DNA from: Vulcanimicrobiota bacterium
GTDB taxonomy: Bacteria > Vulcanimicrobiota > Vulcanimicrobiia > Vulcanimicrobiales > Vulcanimicrobiaceae
DNA length: 64,000 nt
Reading direction: 5' to 3'
Assembly (NCBI GenBank): GCA_963715815.1
Contig: OY970278.1
Location: 2,460,569-2,524,568, forward strand
Each line of letters begins with the position of its first letter. The first letter of the stretch is position 1. The notes under the pieces are model-generated. The model was not told the origin of the DNA. It worked only from the letters and a program-made list of their open reading frames with translations, and searched no databases. Made by a program: the position numbers and the translations under genes. Shown in pieces: positions 34,782 through 43,590 of the stretch.

Positions 34782-36791
34782 CTACGGATAGGTTAGCGTG
34801 AGGTAGTGATTCGGCCAGCACATCGATGCGAGGTAGCTCCAGCTATTCCCGCCCGTCCAGCGCAGCCACGTGACCTCGCCGGTGCCGGTGCAAGGTCCGC
34901 TCCCTTGCGGACCGCCATAAAATCCGGCGACACCCGGAGTGCCCTCGAGGCCCGAGAGAATTCTATTCGCGCCGTGGGCAAGTGGATAAATCGCTGGCGT
35001 CCCGGGGAAGTTCGCAATGAAGGTGGCCGGCGTCACGCCGTTTGCCGGAAATCCGAACGCACTGGTACCGCCGCTCGCAAACATGATGTCGCCCGAGCCG
35101 GGATCATATTGCAGGCTGACGGGATTTGTGTCCGTGCTGCTCGTGCCGTGGCAGTAAACGCTGCCCGTAAACGCCGACGAGCTGAACGCGCAGACATAAA
35201 AAGCATTTGTATTGTCAGCACCACGGACGAGATCAAGGCCGGAGTTGTTGCCGGACGTCACGACCGAATAGATCTGTCCCGTAATCGGATAGCCCGACGA
35301 AAAGTCAACCGGCGTAAGTGCAGATCCCGGCGGCGAACTGGAGTTGAAGCCGTATAAGACCGGCGTTCCAACATCGTTGAAATAAATAACGCCTTTGCCC
35401 GGATTCCCGGCGAATCGCGTACTAGAATTGAACAACGTGCTTGACGGGCCATAGGCGCCGTCGCTGTAAACGACGCCGTTCGACGTATCGTCGAAGTCGA
35501 TGGTGTTCGAGGATACGATGTCTACGCGGCCTGGCCACACTGCCGACGTGAGTATGTTGACAAACGGACTCGACGGCATGAACGCGTACGACTGATAAAG
35601 CTGCGACTTGGGTCCGATGTTTCCGTAGGCGTTCGAGGCTTGGAAGAACGTGTAGGCGTGCGACGCAGACGCGGGCGAATACGCATCGAAGATCGCGACG
35701 TTGTTGTAAGCGTCGCCGGTTACGAGGTACGGCATCCCCGTGACGGGATCGAGGAACGATTCCACCTCGATGAAGGCACTGTTCGTTCCGTTCGCCGATT
35801 GACACATCACCGCTTGGTTCAAGCTCTGCTGTATCGCGATCGGATACATGCCGTCTTGCTGCGGATTGCCGTCGAGCGCCCAAGCGATATACGTGCCGGT
35901 CGCGGCATAGCCCGCGCCCCCTGAGTAAGAGAGCGTCTGACTATTGAAGTACAGCGGAATGTTCGTCACGCTCGCGCCGATGTAGACAGCGCCCTCTTGG
36001 CCGCTTACGAAGATATACGGCGAAGAATAGATCGAGGAATCCGTCATCGTCCACGTGTTTGCCGCGGCCGGGGAGCCGTTGTACATCACGTAGAGGCTAA
36101 CTGCACCGAGCCCGGCGCCATTGTAGGCGGTGAAATTTGCCGTCAACGGATTCGCGATCGGTCCAACAATCGTGTTGCCGTCGAAGTCGAGCACGTACAG
36201 TGGAATGCTTTGCTGGACACCGGCCGCGAAGCACTCTTGGGGCGTTTGGAGCTGCAGGTTCGAGATCACGCCCGCGGTCGTAACGTAGACATTGTTCGGA
36301 TATGGCGAGCCATTGGCATAGATCGTCGTCAAGGACGGATTGGAGTAGACGTTCGTGGAGAGCAGATTGATATTCTGGTCGTACAGGTTTAAGTAGATTT
36401 CGTAAGCGCCGGCCTGCAAGTTGGTGCTGCATTGATAAGTATAATTGCTGGATGTGCAAGACGAGAGCGCAAGATACGTGAAAAATGCCTGCTGCCCGTT
36501 GTACATCTCCTGGATACCCACGTACGCAGTCGATGGACTGACCCACGTCGGCACGCGCTTTGCAGCCGTGGGGCGATAGGCTGCAGTGCCGCGTTTTGAC
36601 ACTTGAGTCTGTCGCGCCGGCACGGTGAGACTCAGCGTAACTTTGGCCGGATTCGTGAGCGACGACGACGGTCCGAGGCCGTTGCTGTTCCCACCGGCCG
36701 GCGAGGGCGCAAGCGCGTGTCCTCCGCCGGAGCAGCCGGCGACGAGAAACAACCCTGCGGCCGAGAGCGCAGCCACTTGAGCCTTTTTCAT
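34782..36791 (-). CDS. Large lipoprotein B (paralogue of C)
   Basis: ATG 36791 is preceded by gaggaaaagc. Begins MKKAQVAALSAAGLFLVAGCSGGGH. The track ORF extends to 36947, but that extension is Arg-rich and overlaps gene C. Confidence 0.75.
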   Translation of the reverse strand: MKKAQVAALSAAGLFLVAGCSGGGHALAPSPAGGNSNGLGPSSSLTNPAKVTLSLTVPARQTQVSKRGTAAYRPTAAKRVPTWVSPSTAYVGIQEMYNGQQAFFTYLALSSCTSSNYTYQCSTNLQAGAYEIYLNLYDQNINLLSTNVYSNPSLTTIYANGSPYPNNVYVTTAGVISNLQLQTPQECFAAGVQQSIPLYVLDFDGNTIVGPIANPLTANFTAYNGAGLGAVSLYVMYNGSPAAANTWTMTDSSIYSSPYIFVSGQEGAVYIGASVTNIPLYFNSQTLSYSGGAGYAATGTYIAWALDGNPQQDGMYPIAIQQSLNQAVMCQSANGTNSAFIEVESFLDPVTGMPYLVTGDAYNNVAIFDAYSPASASHAYTFFQASNAYGNIGPKSQLYQSYAFMPSSPFVNILTSAVWPGRVDIVSSNTIDFDDTSNGVVYSDGAYGPSSTLFNSSTRFAGNPGKGVIYFNDVGTPVLYGFNSSSPPGSALTPVDFSSGYPITGQIYSVVTSGNNSGLDLVRGADNTNAFYVCAFSSSAFTGSVYCHGTSSTDTNPVSLQYDPGSGDIMFASGGTSAFGFPANGVTPATFIANFPGTPAIYPLAHGANRILSGLEGTPGVAGFYGGPQGSGPCTGTGEVTWLRWTGGNSWSYLASMCWPNHYLTLTYP

Positions 36792-36804
36792 GCTTTTCCT
36801 CGTG

Positions 36805-38766
36805 CTAATATAGCGACGCCAACCATGCGTTCGGCCACATAACTGAACCGTAGCTCGTCCACGAGCTTCCGTTCCACTGCAGGAACGTCGTTGTAGACGA
36901 ACCGTCGTAGACACCCACAAAGCCCGGCGTCGCTTCTCCCGGTACAAATCGCGCTTGCGCCGCCGGGAACGTGTAGGCGCCGCCCATAGCGAAGCTCGCC
37001 GGCGGTACGTCCGCGTAGCCGTATTTCATCACGGTTCCGTTGATGGCCAGCATATCGCCCGACAAACTGTCGAACCGCATGCTGACCGGGTTCGAATTCG
37101 CACTCGAGATATAGAGGCAATCTTCACTTCCGACACCGATCGTGGGATCGAACGTGCATATCTGGTATTGCGTCGCAGAAGCGTCGTAGCCTCGGAAGAA
37201 AATGTAGTTGAAGTTAGTGCCCGATGGTTGGAGCGTGTATATCTCACCGCTTGACCACATTTGGAGCGCCGGATATTGATTACCGTTCGTCCTGTCGACG
37301 CCGTACAACCAGTTTGAGCCGCTCGGATTCGTGTAGTAGAGCGGATAGATGCCGTTCCCCGCACCAGCGATGCGCAGCGACGAGGTCGCGGTGAACTGGA
37401 ACGTGTACGTTCCCGAGTAGACCGTATTTCCGTTTGTGGCATTAAACTGATCGGCTTGACCGTTCCCCGAGTTGTTCGAATTATTCGTTATGACGAAGAA
37501 GCGGCCCGCAACGTCAGGCGACGTGAAGAGATTCACCGGAGTTTCGTTACTGCCCAGCGTGTACGTCGACGTAATGGGGAAAGCTATTTGAGGAACGCCG
37601 CCGGCGAGGTACATAACGGGATTGCCGGAGCCGAGCATGTCAATGGTGTTCCCGTCGACAACGATGATATTGCGATTTGAACCTGACGAGTCACCGGTGG
37701 TGCCTAAGTAGGTCGGGCTGCTGAGCGACGGATAGAGTGAGATGCTGTTGCAGCTTATAATAGCCGGAACGTTTTCTTGAATGTCGTAGGCGTTGAGCAC
37801 CGGATTACCGGGCGTCATTGCGATGGCGATGTACGTACCAACAGCCAATTGCGCGAATGCAGGGCTCGCGATCGAACCGAGTTGAAAGCCGGCGGCTCCG
37901 TTGCTTCCAGCGCCGAAACTGGCCGGGATATTGTACGTCGCGCCGTAGAGCACGCCGGAACCCTCAGGGCCCGATTCGTAGACGAACAACTGATACAGTG
38001 ACGTGTCGTAAACCGTGTTATGATCCGCGGAAGCAACGCCGTACGTCGACACTTCGTAGAGGTCGACCGCGGCGAGCCCAGCGCCGTTCCCCGCATTAAC
38101 GTAACCCGTGAGCGGGTTGGCTAATGGGCCGACGATCTCGTTGTCGTCGGCATCGAACGCGTAGATCGGAGCATAGGCGCTCGAGCCGGTCGTCGTCGTG
38201 CAATTGTCCGGCGCGGCGATGAATACATACTGCGCAATCGCTTGGCTGTCCACGTAAAGATAATTGCTGTACACCGACGGCGCCGCGCCGTTGGCGTAAA
38301 TCGTTTGCGCGGTGGGGTTCGCGTATAAATTCGTGCCAAGCCAATGATTGCTCGAATCGTAGAGATTCGAGTAGATCGTGTACGTTCCGACCGGAAGATT
38401 CGTCGCGCACTCGTAGGCCACGTACACATTCGTGCATTGGCTAAGGTAGATCGACGTCGTGAAGACGCTCGTGCCGTTGTACGTTGCGGTAAGCGCGACG
38501 CTTGCCGTCGAGGGGCTCACAAAACTCGGAACCCGCTTGCTCGAAACCGCCGGCCGGGCCTTATTGCTGACACGCCGCCCGCTCAATGTCTGTTTTTGGG
38601 CGAGCGTGATGCTCAGTGTGACCTTAGCGCCATTGGTGAGACTCGATGGACCGTTGCCGCCGCCCGATGACGACCCAGAACTTAGGGAATGCCCCCCTCC
38701 GGAGCATCCCGCAATCAACATCAAGCCCGCAGCCGAAAGTGCCGAACGTCGCGCCCTGTTTGCCAA
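36805..38766 (-). CDS. Large lipoprotein C (paralogue of B)
   Basis: TTG 38766 is preceded by aaggaag 6 nt upstream. Begins MANRARRSALSAAGLMLIAGCSGGGH. Collinear with B at both termini (KVTLSITL.../...WPNAWLASLY). Confidence 0.75.
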   Translation of the reverse strand: MANRARRSALSAAGLMLIAGCSGGGHSLSSGSSSGGGNGPSSLTNGAKVTLSITLAQKQTLSGRRVSNKARPAVSSKRVPSFVSPSTASVALTATYNGTSVFTTSIYLSQCTNVYVAYECATNLPVGTYTIYSNLYDSSNHWLGTNLYANPTAQTIYANGAAPSVYSNYLYVDSQAIAQYVFIAAPDNCTTTTGSSAYAPIYAFDADDNEIVGPLANPLTGYVNAGNGAGLAAVDLYEVSTYGVASADHNTVYDTSLYQLFVYESGPEGSGVLYGATYNIPASFGAGSNGAAGFQLGSIASPAFAQLAVGTYIAIAMTPGNPVLNAYDIQENVPAIISCNSISLYPSLSSPTYLGTTGDSSGSNRNIIVVDGNTIDMLGSGNPVMYLAGGVPQIAFPITSTYTLGSNETPVNLFTSPDVAGRFFVITNNSNNSGNGQADQFNATNGNTVYSGTYTFQFTATSSLRIAGAGNGIYPLYYTNPSGSNWLYGVDRTNGNQYPALQMWSSGEIYTLQPSGTNFNYIFFRGYDASATQYQICTFDPTIGVGSEDCLYISSANSNPVSMRFDSLSGDMLAINGTVMKYGYADVPPASFAMGGAYTFPAAQARFVPGEATPGFVGVYDGSSTTTFLQWNGSSWTSYGSVMWPNAWLASLY

Positions 38767-38913
38767 ATTTAACTTCCTTGGTAGGTAGTTAGGCGGTTCG
38801 AGCCCTGGGTTGTCCGACCTTGCGTTGGTTTAGAAAGTGTGAGGTCGCTCAGACAGGGGATGACCTCCGAAGAAGCGCCAAAGGCGCTCGACCAATCGAC
38901 GAAAGGATGGCAC

Positions 38914-39273
38914 ATGAATCCGTCTGACCTCTCAGAACGCATCATGGCCCAAGCGCGCGATCTCCAGAACAAGGTCACGCAAGCGGCGAGTCAATCCGCG
39001 GAACAGATGAAACCGTTCATCGAGCAATCGATGACCACGGCCGGCGAGCTTCAGAAGACGCTCGCCGAGCACGCCTCTAAGACGGCCGCGATCAACCAGG
39101 AGTACACAAACCGCGCGCTCGGACACGTCTCAGAGCTTATGAAGCTGGGATCCGAAGCGATGCGAGCAAATGCGGAGCAAGCACGCGCAATGGCACAGGA
39201 CATGGTCGGCCACGCACGTCGAGCGTACGAAACGACGAGCGCCTTCGGGCACGAAGCCGGGAAGGACGACTAG
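38914..39273 (+). CDS. Small all-helical protein, phasin-like (tentative)
   Basis: ATG 38914 is preceded by gaaaggatgg. 119 aa rich in A/Q/E/M with no hydrophobic segment. The call rests on composition only. Confidence 0.5.
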   Translation: MNPSDLSERIMAQARDLQNKVTQAASQSAEQMKPFIEQSMTTAGELQKTLAEHASKTAAINQEYTNRALGHVSELMKLGSEAMRANAEQARAMAQDMVGHARRAYETTSAFGHEAGKDD

Positions 39274-42200
39274 CGGCTTTTTGCCGCGACCGGAACCGCG
39301 ACCACTTCCACGACGGCCGGAGCGAACTTCAGAAACTTCTCGGTTGACTGCGGCCACGACGCGATAAGCTCGCGGGCCAAACCCGAGTTCGTCGCCGCGT
39401 GGTGCCGTTCCAAGAGGTCGCGTAACAGGCCGGCATCCGCGTCTGCGGCGCTCATTGCGGTCATCGCCTCGTGCGGCGACGAGAGAAGATCGGTCGCCAG
39501 AACGAAGACCGTTCCGCCGGTCATACCGCTTGCGAAATTCCGGCCGATTGGGCCGAGAATCGCGACCGTGCCTTTCGTCATGTACTCGCAGGCGTGGTCG
39601 CCCGCGCCTTCAGTGACGATCGTTGCACCGGAGTTACGCACGGCGAGCCGCTCGCCGGCCGCGCCGCGGATGAACGCTTCGCCGCCGCGCGCGCCGTAAA
39701 AGGAAGCGTTGCCGATTGCGGGTTCATGCGGCTCTCCGGGCGAGCGAACGATGATCTTCCCGCCTTCCATACCTTTGCCGACGAAATCATTCGCATCGCC
39801 GTCAAGCTCGAGGGAGAGTCCATGCGTAATAAACGCGCCGAAGCTTTGGCCGGCGGTTCCGCGATAGTGCAGCGTAATAGGACGCACGTCTTCGCCGCTC
39901 TTGCGCTGCAACACGATCGAATGCGCGATGCGGGCGCCGACGGTACGATCCGCGGGCGTCAGCACGAAACGCTCGTTGCGCGCTGAGGCGCGATCGTCAA
40001 CATGGCCCTCTTCTTGCGGAACGTCGCGGGGCTCGACCATTTGTTCCGGAAGACGCAGCACTTCCGTTAGATCGACATCGACGCCGAGGGCAAGTGTTGA
40101 ATCTGCAACGCGCAGCAAGTCGGAGCGACCGTGAATCTCTTCGAGGCTGCGCGCGCCGAGCTTCGCAAGACGGCGGCGGACGTCATTAGCAATAAACTCA
40201 AAGAATGCGATTGCTTCCTCAGGCTTGCCCTTGAACTTCTCGCGGAATTTCGGATCTTGGCTCGCGATGCCGACCGGGCACGTGTTCTTGTGACATTGCC
40301 GCGCGTAAATGCAGCCGAGCGCAATTAAGAGCGCGGTTCCGAATCCGTAGAGGTCCGCGCCGAGCATCGCGGCGACGATAACATCGCGGCCGCTCTTGAA
40401 TCCGCCGTCGACGCGCAGCTTGACGCGCGAGCGCAACCCGTTTGCGACGAGCGCATGATGCGTCTCGACCAGACCCAGCTCCCACGGCAATCCGGCGTGC
40501 TTGATCGACGAGAGCGGCGAAGCGCCCGTTCCGCCGTCGAAGCCGCTGATGTGAATGACGTCGGCTCGCGCTTTCGCAACGCCGCTTGCCACGACGCCGA
40601 TCCCGGATTGGCTGACCAGCTTTACCGCAATTTTGGCTTGCGGTGCAGCGCGCCGCAAATCGTATATCAGCTGCGCCAAGTCTTCAATTGAATAGATGTC
40701 GTGATGCGGGGGTGGCGAGATCAGCTGTTGACCGGGGCTCGCGCCGCGCAGACGCGCAATGTCGGCCGAGACCTTGAAGCCCGGAATCTGCCCGCCTTCA
40801 CCCGGCTTGCTGCCCTGCGCCATCTTGATCTCGAGCTCGTCGGCGCTCGCCAAATATTCTGCCCCGACACCGAACCGTGCGGAAGCGACTTGTTTGATCG
40901 TGCTGCGCGACGGGCCCCAGAAGCGTGAGGGCTCTTCACCGCCTTCACCGGAGTTACTGCGAGCACCGATCACGTTGACGCCGGTTGCTATCGTCGCATG
41001 TGCCTCAGGCCCGAGTGCGCCAAGCGACATTGCCGCAGTCGTGAATTTGCGCACGATATCGCTGACGCTCTGCGTTTGCTCGAGCGGAATCGAATCACCA
41101 ATCGATTGCGGTTGGATCAGGTCGCGCAGCGCAATCGGCGGTCGCGCTTCCATTTCGTCCGATAGTTTTTCGAACGCGGCATAGTCGCCGTTCATCGCGG
41201 CCGCACGCAAGAACTTGATGACGTTCGGATCGAACCCGCGCCGCACGCCTTCGCGCCGGTAGCGGAACAAACCGCGATCTTGCGGGACGCCGCCTTGCGC
41301 GGCGGCCGCGCTCCAGGCGCGGACGTCTTCTTCCAGCTCGACGAAGCCAACCGTCGGAACGTGCGCGCGCATTCCCGGGAAGCACAAATCGGCGATATCT
41401 CGACCCAGTCCGATGGTCTCGAAGGTTTGCGCGCCGATGTACGAGCGCAACGTGCAGATGCCGAGCTTCGACATCACTTTGAGGACGCCCGAACGCACGG
41501 CATCGAGAAACGCGCGGCTGGTGCCGCCGTTGTGCGCCGCGATTCGCAGCCCCAGCCACGGGCAAACAACATTTGCACCCGCGGAAATCACCGCCGCAAT
41601 CGAGTGCGAGTCGCGACCGAAACCATCGGCGACCGCGATGCTCGATTGCATCCGCAGCCCTGCGCTCGTCAACGTTTGATGCACGGCTCCCGCCGCGAGC
41701 ACCGCCGGAACGGGCGTCTGCGCATCGCGATCGTCGAGTACGATCAAGCTGGCGCCGTGACGCACCGCTTCTTCTGCTTCGTGCGCAATCTCGCGCAAGC
41801 GCTCACCAAGACGTGACTCGCCGAGCTCGAGTCGAACGACATGCTGCGCCAACCGTTCGTCGGCGCGCACGAGATCGAATGCGTGCTCGTCGAGCACCGC
41901 GTGGTCGAGCATGACGAGCGAACCGAAAGACGGAACGTCCCCGTTTGTCGGGCCCGAACCGATCCACGCACGCATGTCGAAGGCGAGCCCTTCGCGATAC
42001 GGATCGATCGGCGGATTCGTGACCTGCGCGAAACGCTGACGCAAATAATATGCGACCGGCATGCGCCGTTCGAGGAACGGCAGTGCCGCATCATCACCCA
42101 TCGAAAAGACGGGCTCGCCGCCTCCGGCTGCGACGACCTCGACGACGTCTTTGATCTCATCCTTCGCAAATGCAAAGCGAACGAGATCGGCATCCGTTGG

Positions 42201-43490
42201 TGCAGCGGGTGCCGTAAGTGCCTGTGCGTGTGAAAGATCGAAGTGCCACGAACGCACGATCGCGCGATAGTCTCCCCGTGCGCGACGCTCTTCGCGAAAC
42301 GTTTTCGGCTTGACCAACTCGCCGGTAGCAAAACGCACAACAAGCCGTTCACCCGGGCCTAAACGCCCGCGCTCGAGGATTTTATCGCTGCCGAAATCGA
42401 CGACGCCCGCTTCGCTCGCGCACAAAACCTTTCCGGATTCGGTGCGGCACCAGCGCAGCGGACGAAAGCCGTTGCGATCGAGCGCGGCGCCGACGATATC
42501 GCCGTCGGTGAATATCATTGCGGCCGGACCGTCCCAGGGTTCGATGGTCGGAACGTGCGCATCGTAATACGCGTGCAGACGGTCATCTTCGGCGTCGATC
42601 GCCGGCGCCAGCATGAAGTCGATCGCTACGTCGATACGGTGACCGGAACCGAGCATCGTATCGAGCGTCGTATCGAAATCGAGTGAGTCGCTTGCACCCC
42701 GAATCGGCTGCATGCCTCGCGCGCGCATCCAGGCGCGATTGCCGGTGATCGTGTTGATCTCGCCGTTGTGCGCAATCAGATTGAACGGCTGCACCAGCTT
42801 CCACGACGGCGACGTGTTCGTCGAAAAGCGTTGGTGGAAGATCGCATAGCGCGACGTGAATGCGGGATCGCGAAGATCTTTGAAATACGAACCGAGCTCG
42901 TTGCTCGAAAGCAATCCCTTATAGATGACGCTGTCGGGAGATGCGCTCACGAGCGCTGCGCCGCCGCCCGCGTCGCGAAGCGTGCGAATGATGTTGCGCC
43001 GTACCTGGCGCATCCGCTCCCGAACGTTTCCCGGACCCATATCGACCAGCAGCTGCTCGTAAAGCGGGCGAGTCGCCCGGGCATGCTCGCCGAGGACTTC
43101 CGGGTCGACCTTCGGACGCCGCCACAGCAGCGGCTTCACATCGGTCGCAAAAACTGCGGCCTCGATCTGCGCACGCAGGCCGGTTGCTTCCTCGGGATCG
43201 TGCGGCAAGAACAGCGCGATTGCGGCCAAATGTCTCTCCGGCACGCGGCGGCTCATCGCCGGAAGCTCACGGATCAAAAGACTCCGAGGAGTCTCGATCA
43301 GGAGGCCGGCGCCGTCACCGGTGCGCCCGTCGGAGGCTCGCGCGCCGCGATGCACCATGCAGCCAACAGCCTCGAGCGCGAGGCGCACGATTTCATGGGA
43401 TGCGGTGTGCGAAAGATCGGCGATGAAACCGACGCCGCAGGCGTCGTGCTCGCGTGCCGGTCCCTCATCTTCAAATGCTAGGGCACGCAT
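39270..43490 (-). CDS. gltB: Glutamate synthase large subunit
   Basis: 1406 aa. Contains the Ntn amidotransferase start HDACGVGFIADL, the FMN/Fe-S central domain and a C-terminal GXGXG-type beta-helix region. No gltD is adjacent. Confidence 0.95.
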   Translation of the reverse strand: MRALAFEDEGPAREHDACGVGFIADLSHTASHEIVRLALEAVGCMVHRGARASDGRTGDGAGLLIETPRSLLIRELPAMSRRVPERHLAAIALFLPHDPEEATGLRAQIEAAVFATDVKPLLWRRPKVDPEVLGEHARATRPLYEQLLVDMGPGNVRERMRQVRRNIIRTLRDAGGGAALVSASPDSVIYKGLLSSNELGSYFKDLRDPAFTSRYAIFHQRFSTNTSPSWKLVQPFNLIAHNGEINTITGNRAWMRARGMQPIRGASDSLDFDTTLDTMLGSGHRIDVAIDFMLAPAIDAEDDRLHAYYDAHVPTIEPWDGPAAMIFTDGDIVGAALDRNGFRPLRWCRTESGKVLCASEAGVVDFGSDKILERGRLGPGERLVVRFATGELVKPKTFREERRARGDYRAIVRSWHFDLSHAQALTAPAAPTDADLVRFAFAKDEIKDVVEVVAAGGGEPVFSMGDDAALPFLERRMPVAYYLRQRFAQVTNPPIDPYREGLAFDMRAWIGSGPTNGDVPSFGSLVMLDHAVLDEHAFDLVRADERLAQHVVRLELGESRLGERLREIAHEAEEAVRHGASLIVLDDRDAQTPVPAVLAAGAVHQTLTSAGLRMQSSIAVADGFGRDSHSIAAVISAGANVVCPWLGLRIAAHNGGTSRAFLDAVRSGVLKVMSKLGICTLRSYIGAQTFETIGLGRDIADLCFPGMRAHVPTVGFVELEEDVRAWSAAAAQGGVPQDRGLFRYRREGVRRGFDPNVIKFLRAAAMNGDYAAFEKLSDEMEARPPIALRDLIQPQSIGDSIPLEQTQSVSDIVRKFTTAAMSLGALGPEAHATIATGVNVIGARSNSGEGGEEPSRFWGPSRSTIKQVASARFGVGAEYLASADELEIKMAQGSKPGEGGQIPGFKVSADIARLRGASPGQQLISPPPHHDIYSIEDLAQLIYDLRRAAPQAKIAVKLVSQSGIGVVASGVAKARADVIHISGFDGGTGASPLSSIKHAGLPWELGLVETHHALVANGLRSRVKLRVDGGFKSGRDVIVAAMLGADLYGFGTALLIALGCIYARQCHKNTCPVGIASQDPKFREKFKGKPEEAIAFFEFIANDVRRRLAKLGARSLEEIHGRSDLLRVADSTLALGVDVDLTEVLRLPEQMVEPRDVPQEEGHVDDRASARNERFVLTPADRTVGARIAHSIVLQRKSGEDVRPITLHYRGTAGQSFGAFITHGLSLELDGDANDFVGKGMEGGKIIVRSPGEPHEPAIGNASFYGARGGEAFIRGAAGERLAVRNSGATIVTEGAGDHACEYMTKGTVAILGPIGRNFASGMTGGTVFVLATDLLSSPHEAMTAMSAADADAGLLRDLLERHHAATNSGLARELIASWPQSTEKFLKFAPAVVEVVAVPVAAKSR

Positions 43491-43502
43491 AGGTAAGTTT
43501 CG

Positions 43503-43531
43503 ACTTTAGGCCAGGCCCGCTATGGGGTCAA
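43503..43531 (-). promoter_or_regulatory. Candidate sigma-70 promoter for gltB
   Basis: On the reverse strand: TTGACC, then 17 nt, then TAAAGT. The -10 ends 12 nt before the gltB ATG, and there is no SD between them. Confidence 0.3.
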
Positions 43532-43590
43532 TCGACAATTGGCTAATTTGTATACATTTTAACGCACGGGCCTACCCCGGCGATACGACC

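Noticed and set aside
29154-38766. Calling the three lipoproteins S-layer proteins or outer-membrane beta-barrels
   Set aside because: The C-termini end in aromatic-rich strings, but not in a clear beta-signal. There are no SLH or other anchoring motifs, and a lipobox argues for lipid anchoring. The function is left open.
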